A DNA stretch of 64,000 nt from Octopus sinensis (taxonomy: Eukaryota): assembly GCF_006345805.1 (NCBI RefSeq), contig NC_043004.1:69750001-69814000 (forward strand), given 5' to 3'. Under the pieces are notes generated by a model. The model worked only from the letters and a program-made list of their open reading frames with translations, was not told the origin of the DNA and searched no databases. Within the stretch, counting starts at the first letter, position 1. Each line of letters begins with the position of its first letter. Positions 14,173-26,380 of this stretch are shown one piece after another. The position numbers and the translations under genes were made by a program.

Positions 14173-14815
14173 CTCTATAACTTGCATGTTTGATGTTAGG
14201 TTCATCAATGAAAAGCACTCAGTATATTTAGTGATTGTCAATGCATTTTATATACAGACCACAGTAACTTCTCGAGCTAAACTAAAAAGTTAATTAATGT
14301 GTGTGTAAGCCAGCTAAGAGTCCGTAAACAAAATGCATTTGTATGTCTGTCAGTAGAATGGATATGTGAATCGAAATGTACAGTATCATATATGCATTAC
14401 CACTGATCTTACCAATCAGTTTTGCACTAGGGGTTCAACAGAGTGTTAGGTAACAGTCTGATTATGTAATCCTGAACTCTTCAGAGGTAGCCATTATGGA
14501 ATGAAATATGGCAACTGTTCTGTGAAACCAGATGTCTGTTCACCTCCAACAATAGAGAGCAGTCACCTTACTTCATTCCATGACAGCTACCTCTGAAGAG
14601 TGCAAGGTTACATTATTGGACTGTTACCTAGCACTCTGTTGAACCCCTAGTGTGAAACCGATTGATAAAATTGGCTGTAACTGATATATATAATATTGTA
14701 TGCTTTGATTAATACGTATATATATATATATATATATATATGAAAGAGAGAAAGAGGAATCAATAAGATTTTATATAAAAATACATAAATTGGTGTAATA
14801 TTTTTCTTTTTTCAG

Positions 14816-14950
14816 ATGATTGAGACAGAATGTTTTAAAGAATTGAATGTGTTCGGTGAAAACTTTACCCCTTCACCAGACCTACTGGAGGACCAGCCGC
14901 CTCCGCCTCCCAGACCTGGCTTACTAGATCGAATCTTGCGTCGTAGGCGG
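14816..14950 (+). CDS. GRK5: GRK exon [45 protein letters not shown]
   Basis: Long T tract + cag acceptor, cgg|gtaagt donor, 135 nt; [14 protein letters not shown] and the amphipathic [11 protein letters not shown] helix (GRK5: GLLQRLFKRQ). Confidence 0.96.
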
Positions 14951-15022
14951 GTAAGTAGCAGTTGTACTGACTTCTTCAAGATCTGTTCCAGTCATAGCGG
15001 TGACACCTCCACCGATGTCTGA
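14951..15022 (+). CDS. GRK5: Putative GRK read-through C-terminal tail [23 protein letters not shown]
   Basis: The frame stays open past the donor to TGA at 15020-15022; non-repetitive sequence with two Cys and a class I PDZ-type end. Confidence 0.5.
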   Translation, partial: VSSSCTDFFKICSSHSGDTSTDV

Positions 15023-15124
15023 TCGCTGCGCCACCACACCTTCGATAACCGGATGCCACTTATGCAGATGCTATGAAGAACAATGGTCACAACGTTGCTT
15101 ATATCCTCGGTGCTCCATTCTTTC

Positions 15125-15570
15125 ACTTCCTTTCTCACACACACACACACACTTTCTTCCCTCTCTCACACATGTACACTTTCTTTCTCTCTCTCACACT
15201 TATACTCTCTTCTGTCTGTCTATCATTCTGTCACTCTCTCTCTCTCACACGCACACACACACAATCTCCTACCTCTCTTTTATACACACACACACACACA
15301 TGCTCTCTCTTTCTCTTTCATTTTCTCTCTCACATGCACACACACACTCTCTTTCTCTTTCTCTCTCTCTCTCTCACTTTTATATACACTCTTTTTCTCC
15401 GACCTCTCTCTTACACAACTCACTTCTCTTTCATTTCTTCCTCTCTCTCTCTCTCGCTCTCTCTCTCTCACACACATTCCCTCTCATGCACTCCTCTTAC
15501 TCATACATACTCTCCCTCAAAGACACACACTCCCTCCCTCCCTCTCTCTCACACATCACTCCCTCTCTTA
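15125..15570. repeat. Compound (CT)n/(CA)n low-complexity tract
   Basis: Direct reading. Confidence 0.9.
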
Positions 15571-17240
15571 TACTTCAACTTTTTTTGTTTTGTTTAGTTT
15601 TTTTTTTTCTCTATCTCCCCTAAATGTTAATCAAAGGAGGCCAACCTTACAACCCAAGCATTTATTTAATGGAACAAACCATCCGCGCATGACATGCTGC
15701 ACCCGGTCATATGTCAGCCCACAAACACACTGCAGGTTCTGCAGGGTCAAACTCAACCAGACCTGACCAAAGAGAGGGAGGGAGGCGAATGGGGAGGGGG
15801 GGAATCTATACAACAGCAACAATTATCTATGTAGACTAGTTAATTAGTTGTAATTACAATACACAGTGTTCAGGGTTCAATCTGCTCTCCACCACCGCCA
15901 TTTTGACCACTCTTGACCGGTAGGAGCAGGTAAGACCATAGTGCATGCATAGAATGCCTGTTGCAGTCACTGCACAAAACTACATCTGTCTTCATCTCGC
16001 TGCTTTTTTTTTTCCCCTCCCATAAACCCTTATCGTTACGGGTGTTTGTAGGGCTGAATCATTAGTGCATTAGAGAAAAATCATCATTGTCATTGCCATC
16101 TTCATCTTCATCATCATCGTCATTGTTCTAAGGTCCACTTTTTCCATGCTTGCATGGGTCAAATGGAAGTTTATATCGAGGCAGATTTTTTTTCTACGGC
16201 CGGATGCCCTTCCTGTCACCAACCCTCATCTATTTCCAAGCAAGGCAATACTTCCCCCATGGCCAGACATTTTCACAGAATATTGGAAATGAATGACACT
16301 GCTTGTATGACAGTGACACTCATTTACAGCTATCATGACAAGGAGGCACAAACAAACACACTCATACTTACTCACACACACACACACACATGGTGGGCTT
16401 CTTTCAGTTTCTTTCTACCAAATCCACTCACAACGCTTTGGTTGGCTTGGGGCTATAGTAGAAGACATTTGCCCAAGGTGTCACTCAATGGAACTGAACC
16501 CGGAGCCATGTGATTAGGAGGTAAACTTCTCAGTCACATAGCCATGTCTATGCCTAGGATATTTATTTCCAGCTCTTTACATTCTGAGTTCAAATCCCAT
16601 CAACATCACCTCTGCCTTTCATCCTGTCAGAGTTGATAAAGTACCAGTCAAATGCACAATATTGCTGGCCTTGTGCCTAAATTAGAGATATCATCATCAT
16701 CATCATCATCATTATTTACTAAGGCGGTGAGCTGGCAGAATTGTTAGCACACCAGGCAAAATGCTTAGTAGCATTTTGTCCGTCCTTACATTCTAAGTTC
16801 AAATTCCACCAAGGTCTACTTTGCCTTTCATCCTTTCAGGGTCGATTAAATAAGTCCCAGTTGACTTAATCCCTTTCCCCAAAATTTCAGGCTTTGTGCC
16901 TATAGTAGAAAGGATTATTATTAAAGTGGCAAGCTGGCCCAATCTTTAGCACGCCAAGCAAAATGCTTTGCAGTAGTTTGTCTGTCTTCACATTCTGCAT
17001 TCAAATACTGTTGAAGATGGCTTTGCCTTTCATCCTTTCGGGGTCGATAAAATAAATACCAATTGAATTCAGGGGTTGATGTAAATGACTTCCCCTACTC
17101 CTCCCCTGAAATTGCTGATCTTGTGTTAAAATTTGAAACCAGTTGCTCAAACTGCTAAACAAAATAACTAAATGTCCCTTGAACTACTGCTGTAAACAGT
17201 GGACATATTAATAATATATATGGGGAGAGAGAGAAAGAAT

Positions 17241-17567
17241 GATCCCCTTCGGTCAAGGATGACCATGGGATTGCACCTAGAAAGTTACCCTCTGAGGTAC
17301 AAGTCCAGGAAAAGTTGTTTTTGGAAGACCACCAGTTGCCCATGCACTCCAGCCTCCCATCTCCATGCCACCAATGTTATCCAAGGGAATGGCAAAAAAG
17401 ACCAATACAGTTTGGCACCAGTGATGTCACAGCTCATTTCTACAGCTGAATGAACTAGAATAACATGAAATAAAGTGTCTTGCTCAAGAACACAACACAG
17501 AGCTCAGTCCGGAAATTGAACTCACTATCTCATGATTGTCAGCCCAATGCTCTAACCACTGAGCCAT
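17241..17567 (-). mobile_element. SINE family C, opposite orientation
   Basis: Reverse complement aligns along 12551-12854. Confidence 0.75.
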
Positions 17568-18241
17568 ATTAGACACAATATGTCTGAAAATATGAATGGA
17601 TGCTTGTGACTGACATGTCATTGATTATAAGTCTGCAAGAATTTTAGTTGAGACGCTTTAAACCTATCTCTCTCTCTCTCTCTCCCACACTCACATTCAC
17701 ATCTGTATACAATATATTCTCATTGTAGTTTAACATTTACTCTCATATGTATGTCTCTTGTAGTAGAAAATGAAAGAAAAAGGAAATCAGAAAGCTTCCT
17801 ACAGTTCAGAGAGTTTTACAAAAACTTGTATATTTCAGGGGCAAAGTTCTATCTTCAGAAGGAGGCAGTTCCAAAAAATCTCTATTTACATCGATTGTGT
17901 TATTTTATTTTAAGCTGCTTGGCATTTGGGATAGCAACAGCAACTCTCCAACTGTTGATCATTTTGTCTTTTTTCACATGGTGGCGGAAGATGGTGTTGA
18001 TGGCATATTTTATGACAACGGTGACCAACCTCATAACATACTCCACCAGCAACCATCTTCTACCACCACTACACGAACCAACGGTTGGAGAGTTGCTGCT
18101 GCTGTTGCGATCCCAAATGCCAAGCAGTTTAAAATCAAATCAATGTAACTAAATATTTCTTGCACTGCCTCCTTCTCAGGATGGGACTTTACACCTGGAA
18201 AAACTTTCTGCATTGCTCGAAGCTTTCTTTATTTCCCTTTT

Positions 18242-18299
<58 letters not shown>

Positions 18300-20027
18300 A
18301 TACACACACATACATATATATTTTAATATAGATGTGTGTGTGCACGCATATATATATATAATATATATATATATACACACACACACACTCATACCCTTGT
18401 AAAGACACTTGTCAGATGATTGGGGGTGGGGCAGCTCACCATTTCCATTTTCCTAGCAATGGAATAAATTGTTTTTCTTTGTTGTCTTTTATTGTTGTTG
18501 TTTTTTTTTTAGTTCTGTTATGTTTTTTATTTAATTTCTTTGCTAACTTCCATTCCTATGAAATCTTGTTCTTGAAATATTTTGCATTTATATTTCTGCC
18601 ATTACTACCACGACCACCACCACCACCACCACTACTACCACTACTGTTATTACTGCACAATTTCTGTTTTTTTTCATTGTTTTGTTTGTCTTTTATTTTG
18701 TGTTTTTTTTTCCAAAATTTTGTTATCTTTATACATATGTATATGTGTGCGTGTGTGTAATCATCATCATTATCATCATCCTATATGCTTTTCCATGCTG
18801 GCATGGGTCAAATGAGGCTTGTTGGGGCAGTGTGTTATGGCCAAATTCCATTCCTGGCACTGACCCTTACTAGTTTTTTTCCAAATTAAGGATTTATTAT
18901 TCTACAGATCTTTGCATGAACTTCCAAGATCCCAGATTTTTTTCCCCCACATATTTTCTTGCTGAATGATGTCAAAAAAGCTGAACGCTCATACACCATC
19001 TTCAATGGGAGAGTCCATCATCATATATATACACACACACACATAATGGAATCTCCCATCATTAGACAACATATGAGGGTTCGACAATTTCTTACCGAAC
19101 AACCACACAGGTGATTTGTTTATAGTGATTGAATGTTGGTGTAGGCATAAGCTCACTCCCTCTCCATCAGATTGACATTACCTGTACAGGTGCAACAGGT
19201 GCCACATGTCAGATGTCGAAATAATCACAGAGCAACATGAAATGAAGTGCTTTGCTCAAGAACACAATGCAATGCCTGGGTCTGGGAATCAAACCCACGA
19301 TCTCACAATCATGAGTGCAACACCCTAACCACTAAGCCATATAGAACTAAGAGTTCATTTGTGAATACAAGCAATTGAAATAGAATTCCTCCAAAGGACC
19401 TCTGGAGTAATGTTTCTCGACAGGGTGCAACATTCAGCGATCAAGAAGTCTCTGCGGTCAACCCACTACTTCTCTACATTGAGCAGTCATACCTCTGGCA
19501 CTATGTCACAGGAAACAATCACAAGACAGATTCTTCAAACTGAACCAACCAGCAGGAGACTTAGTGGTAGTTCAAGAATGAGATGGTTGGATATTATCCA
19601 TCATAGCAGTTGGTCATGCTAAGCTTCCAGCCGAAAGGTGTTATGACAGCTGCTTCTTGTAGAACTAAATAGAGAGGTGCCTCAGAACTCTCTCTCTGTG
19701 ACCCTTTCAGGAAAGATGAGCAGAAGAAGATGGATGGATATAATAGGTGCAGATATGGATGTGTGGTTAAGAAGTTTACTTCGTAGTCACATGGTCTGGT
19801 GTTCAGTCTTAGTGTACCACACCAAGGGTGAGTATTTTATACTTAGGCCCAAGACCATTCAATGTGTTGTAAGTGGTATTGGTAGGCAAAACCTCTGTGG
19901 AAGCTATCTTATATCCATATAAGGGCTTCACATTGCTTTATCAATAACTTATTTCAGGTTTCAGTGGTTCTTTCTAGCAATGGCTTTGCTCGTATATAAG
20001 AAAGCAGCCACTATTCTATACTATACC

Positions 20028-20068
<41 letters not shown>

Positions 20069-21049
20069 CATGTATATATTAGAATGTTATTAATTACAGC
20101 CAGTCCCTTTCAAAGATCTGTAGAAAAACAAAAATCCTTATTTGGAAAACAGGTGAAGGTTGGTAATAAGAGTGGGTGGCATCTAATGCTAAAACACTGT
20201 CTCAAACAGCTCCTGTCCAACAATGCATAGTAGCATGGGAAAAATAATGGATATGGAACAAATATATTGGGGTGGGGTGGGGGGGCAACTGGCAGAGTTA
20301 CTGTGGCATCAAGTAAATTGCAGTAATCATTCCAGCTCTCTTACTCTCTGAGTGCAAATCTTGTCTCAGCCAACTTTGCCTTTCATCCTTTCAAGGTTGA
20401 TAAATATATAGGTTTCAAATTTTGGCACAAAGCCAGCAATTTCAGGGATCTGAACCCCAGCACTCAACTGGTACTTATTTTATTGACCCCCAAAAAAACA
20501 AAACGCAAAGTTGACTGTGGCAGAATTTGAACTCAGAACATAAAGACGGACGAAATGCTGCTAAGCAATTTACCCAGTGTGCTAATGATTCTGCCAGCTC
20601 GCCATCTGACACTGCCTTTCTAATAATAGCAATGTTAATAATAATAATGATTTCAAATTTTGGCACAAGGCCAGCAGTTTTGAGAGAAGGGTGTTAGTCA
20701 AAAATATCGGACTTCAGTGCTTAGCTGGAACTTATTTTTTGACTCTGAAAGGATGAAGGGTAAAGTTGACTTTGGTGGGATTTGAACCCAGAACCTAAAG
20801 AAGGGCAAAATGTCACTGAGCATTTTGCCCAGCATGCTAATGATTCTGCCAGCTCACCATCTCAGGGTTGAAAAATGTAGTACCAGTTGATTCTTTTCTA
20901 CCTCTCTTTCTCTCTCCGGAACAAATTAGCTGTCGCCATCCTGGGAGAGGGTTGACCCTATCAGGTTTTAAATCACCAATGACATGCTGTTTGCGATGGT
21001 ACCTCTGCAACTCCACCAGGAGCTGAGGAACCAATGGATGTTTGGCATA

Positions 21050-21450
21050 TACTCTTTTACTTGTTTCAGTCATTTGACTGTGGCCATGCTGGAGCACCGC
21101 CTTTAATCGAGCAACTCAACCCCAGGACTTATTCTTTTGTAAGCCCAGTACTTATTCTATTGGTCTCTTTTGCCGAACTGCTAAGTAACGGGGACATAAA
21201 CACACCAGCATCAGTTGCCAAACAATGCTAGGAGGACAAACACACACACCACACACACACACATATATATATATATATACACACATATACGATGGGCTTT
21301 CAGTTTTCCGTCTACCAAATCCACTCACAAGGGTTTGGTCGGCCTGAGGCTATAGTAGAAGACACTTGCCCAAGGTGCCACGCAGTGGGACTGAACCCAG
21401 AACCATGTGGTTGGTAAGCAAGCTACTTACCACACAACCACTCCTGCGCC
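21050..21450 (-). mobile_element. SINE family A, full length
   Basis: Same consensus. Confidence 0.85.
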
Positions 21451-22005
21451 ATATAGGTAAAATTAATATCCAAAGTTATGCAATGTTGGGCCTGTTCTGA
21501 TACTCAAGTGGGCCATTGTGAAATCTGGCTGCTGTAAGCAGCTTCATTTTTATGATTCTGCTCCAGCATGACCACAGATCACAGGCGGCAAATAAATGCA
21601 GACTTACATGCAGCTTTATATTATCAAAATTTAGCATCTCATGCATACCCACACGCACATAAATACATACATACAGACAGACATGCATACGTACATACCA
21701 AACACAGCCATGTGCCTCTACAAGGTTGCTTAATTTGGTAGAAATAGCAGCCAAATCTCCCAGAATTAACCCTACTGTCTTAACTCTTTAGTATTTTATC
21801 TAGCCCAAATATTTTAATTCTTTTATGTTCAAACCAGCCGGATCTGGCCTTTCACACCTACCTTACAATATCATTCTAAAAGTAAACACAACAAAGATCT
21901 CAAGGCTGCAAGCTAATACATGGTCTTTTCAAAAGAATGTGAATAAGCAAGCATTACATTTGACAGGGTAATCTGAATGCCAAAGGGTTAGATAATACAC
22001 TAGAT

Positions 22006-22567
22006 CAGTGTATTTTTTGCCTTTGGACCCCTTTGATTCCTATTTTACATGGATAGGCCCCTGGTTTAAAATATCCTATTTTCATTATGAGATATCATCA
22101 GGAATTGTATTAAAAAATGTATTTGGTGTATTATAAAAGTATAACCAATTTATAGCATATAAGTTTTAACAAAATTTTGTGACAGTGGTTCTCAGCTGGA
22201 GTCTCTATGAGATTTTTTTGGGGTCTATGCAACAAAATAGTAAATTGGGGATCCATAATGGTATTTTAGGGGCTACAGAAAAAATTTTGCTTTAGATTCT
22301 ATTGGTATGTATTGCAAGAAACAGCTGAGTTTCTTTCTCTAACATTTTACAAAGTTCAACCTACACAAGTTAATGTGAGAAAAATAAAACAGGAATTTCG
22401 AAGGAAGCATCTATAAAACTAGCTTTTAAATATCAAAAGGGCAATGGGGGTCCACCAGAGAAAATATTAATGAAAGAGGTCCATTGATAAAAATTAGTTG
22501 AGAACCCCTTAGTTGAGAATTATAAGGACCCCCCAAGGGCCATATGGACCATGGTTGAGAATCATTG
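22006..22567. mobile_element. hAT/Charlie-type MITE, with a nested similar element at about 22183-22510
   Basis: CAGTG ... GGTTGAGAATCATTG termini; 8-bp TSD cactagat / tactagat. Confidence 0.65.
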
Positions 22568-23162
22568 TACTAGATGATAAAATATAAGGGGATGGTCAGA
22601 TCAGGAACAGTTTTAATTGTAGAGTCTGTTCCACCAACAATGAACTATGGACTAAACAAGTACTAGGGGTCAATGTATACCTTGAGTGTAATTGAAGCCT
22701 TTAATTTATCACTCTAGCTGGCAGAATCATTAGAGCATCAGACAAAATTGTTAGTGGTATTTCTTCTGACTACTAACATTCTGAGTTCAAATTCCACCAA
22801 GATCAACTCTGCCTTTCATCCCTTTGGAATACCAGACAAGTACTAGGGGTCAATGTAATCAAGTTGCCCACCCTGGCTTCAACATTGCTAGATTTTGGAC
22901 TTTTTAGAAAGAAATTTACCATTCTAGTTGGACAATGTCCTTAGATTAGCAGTTGGCCATTTGTATAATCTTCCAAGATTGCAACTATTTCTCACCAGAA
23001 CTATTCAATTTTTAAATGTTTCTTTATCTCCCATTTACTCAAAAGAAAAAAAATGTCGCATTAAAATGAGTTTTATGCAATGTCCAAATTATCAAACACT
23101 TTTGTTTGTTATTAAATATTTTCTTATATGTTGTTTTTGTGTGTGTGTGTGCATATATAAAG

Positions 23163-23215
<53 letters not shown>

Positions 23216-23399
23216 AACACAGACACACATACATACATACATACATACACGCAATTTCATGTAAAAACCTGGAAGATCTGAACACGGGTTTGTTTTTGTT
23301 GTTTTTTTAATCACAGGATATATTTTTTTTACTTTCTGTCTCATTTCTTTAATTATACTTTTTCTTTTTTTTTTCTTTTCTTTTTTTTTTTTTTTGCAA

Positions 23400-23810
23400 T
23401 TTCATTATTGATTTTTGAAGTTTTTGAGAATAAAATATAAATATTTAAATTTTGGCTTGAATTTCTTTCTCAGATGGACACAAGACGGACAATTGTTTTG
23501 TTTTTCCTTCCTTTATTACAGTGGATCTTCACCCCAGCTCCCTCACCCTGCCTCCAACACTTTTCACAAATTCTGTGGGTCTTTATTTTTGTTGTGGGAA
23601 GGGTCTTTATTTCGTTTTTCTTTTGGTGTATCTCCAGAGAATGGGGCCTTGCTTCTTTGCCTTCGTAGGCCCTTCTAGACCAATAAGATTGTTGCTATTA
23701 GTGTTCCTTTTGAACCTCAATAAGTCAATGTCACAGGGGAAAGATAGACATAAGCATTCCAGAGGAATGAAACCCTAGGAGGAATAAACTGGACCAGTGG
23801 TTAGTGCAGG
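23400..23810 (-). mobile_element. CR1/L2-like LINE 3' end with A-rich tail
   Basis: Minus strand reads PRVSFLWNA..FPCDIDLLRFKRNTN across a frameshift; T-run on + at about 23350-23396. Confidence 0.45.
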
Positions 23811-24694
23811 GCTGGAGGGTGGTAGCGAACAAAACAAGATATTTATTTATTTCACTGTTTATATTGTATTACATAACTGGAAGCATTGATTGTGTATCTG
23901 TGGAGTACTCAGCCACTTAGAGGTTAACTCAAGAAGCAGTTGATCAAATAACTGAACCCTGATCATTGAAACTGAAGGTGGTCTATATTTTCTCTTTTAC
24001 TTCTTTTAACCATTGGACTGTGCCCATGCTGGAACACTGCCTTGATAGTTTTAGTCAAACTAATCAACTCTAGCACTCTCTTTTTTCCAAGGCTGGTACT
24101 TATTCTATCAGTCTTTTTTTGCATGGATGTCAACAAACCAACACTGGTTGTCAGGCAGTGTGGGGTCACACACATGTTATTTCACTTAGAGATAGCAACA
24201 CTATATATCTTTTATCTTTTACTTGTTTCAGTCATTAGTACTTGGTGTATTTAGCTCATAATCCTATGGTCAGAAGTTCAATTCCTGATGGAATGAAGCA
24301 AAGCACTTTCGTTCGCATTGTTCCAGTTCACTCATCTGGAAAAATTTAGTTTTTAGTTTGTATTTCAGTGAACCAGCCCTGTCACATTCAGCGTATCGTG
24401 CTGAATCACCCTGAGACCTACTTTAAGGGTACATGTGTCTGTGGAGTGCTCAGCCACTTGCATGTTAACTTCATGAACAGGCTGATCGGATCAGCTGGGA
24501 CCCTTGTCATCATAACTGACAGAGTACCCAGCCGTAACTGAATCAAGAAAATCTGCTGTCTTTTAATGTTAGAAAATTGTTTATTTGTTTCAAAATAAAT
24601 AACAACTACTTGTATAGAAAATTTCATGGAAATAATGTTTCCAGTTGATTATACCAATTTGGACAACATCAGCATTATATATAAATCTATATAT

Positions 24695-24736
<42 letters not shown>

Positions 24737-26162
24737 AAATATATAAACGATATGACTAGTATGATGTGGGGCAGTTATCTCCCCTGTCAGTGCATAGACG
24801 TATTCTTCTTTGTGGCTCTAAGGGTTTTTTAACTCTTATTTCTAACAATGTAGGTGCTACTCTTCACCATCAGTCACAATTAATGACAATTGAATTTTTC
24901 CTTTATATATATATATATTAATAGTTATCACCATACTAATATGGTAGTCTATAAATATAAGACTAAAGCTGTCACTGATTAGCTCCAAGAGGCCATCGCC
25001 TCTAGCTAGCTATTTGACACACGAACCTGCGTCCATTACAAACCTTCGAACAGGGGAGGTCAGCCGCTTCACCTTGCTAGTCAGACATCTGCTGACATGT
25101 TTCAGGGTTGTTGCCCTTTATCAATGCAGCGTAGTCAGACCCAGCAGGTGTCGCTGCTGACCGTCTGTTCGAAGATTTTATTTACCTAGTTACAGTGGAA
25201 TACATCCACTTGTTTTCAATAATGGAAATATTAAAATTACTAAGTCTCTCTATATAGTAATTTTAATATTTCTATTTATATATATATATACATATATATA
25301 TAGCGAGAGAGTGTTTGAAGTTGTGTAGAGATACTGTATATTGAGAGAAAGGAGGCAGTCAGAATTTTGGATAATCCTTTATGAGCACTTTTGTTTGTTT
25401 ATGAACTCCTCTTGATTTTGTCTTGATGATTTCATAAACAAACAAAAGCACTAAAAAAGGATTATCCAAAATTTTAACTACCTCCTTTTTCTCAATATAT
25501 ATATATAATTTTGATATTTGGTTTGCAAGATTCTTGATGTGAACTTGTGTGTTGAAACATTTTTTTTTTGTTTCTTCGATGGATCATTATTCCAATAAAC
25601 TTACACACTGGTTCTAATTCACTTTTTTATTATTCATCAATTGTTAACTATTTAAACAATTAACAATTAATTGTTCAGTTGCTTAATGAGTTATGTTTGT
25701 TAAAGTTCTTTTGTCACCATTTGTGACCTCTTCAATAGCATGCTCTCTCTGCTTCAGGTCTGTCTCGGATAGGTTGGGAATGACAACAAAAGGACTTCGG
25801 CAAACATAAATGATTGATTGGTCAGATGATTAATCAAACAATTGATTAGTTTATTGACTAAATTTTTTACCAATTGACAGAAGTGAAATAGAACCAGCTA
25901 ATGTGTTTATTATTGGCATAATGACCCACCCAAGATACAACATATATATTCACACACACACACCCATGCTAGTTGGTATTTATTGGATAATCCACAGCTC
26001 TATAAATAGTTAGTTTTATAGTTATCTTCTTGTGATAAACTACATTTAAAGGGTTTAGATGAGTAAAATAAATCTTCCTCTTTACCATTTAAAGAATAAG
26101 AAGATATACATACATACAGATGTATATAGATTGATAGATAAACAGGTACAAGATGTATAAAT

Positions 26163-26380
26163 AAGGCGGCAATCTGGCAGAAATGTTAGCACGCCGGGCA
26201 AAATGCTTAGCGGTATTTTGTCTGCCGTTGCGTTCCGAGTTCAACCTTGCCTTTCATCCTTTCGGGGTCGATTAAATAAGCACCAGTTATGCACTGGGGT
26301 CGATATAATCGACTTAATCTGTTTGTCTGTCCTTGTTTGTCCCCTCTATTGCCCACAAGGGGCTAAACATAAAGAAATAA
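26163..26380 (+). mobile_element. SINE family B with an internal deletion and a 25-nt micro-inversion
   Basis: Same consensus; the 3' segment is reversed. Confidence 0.8.

Noticed and set aside
15000-15766. ORFs of 174-227 aa
   Set aside because: Translations of CT/CA microsatellite (S/L/H/T runs)
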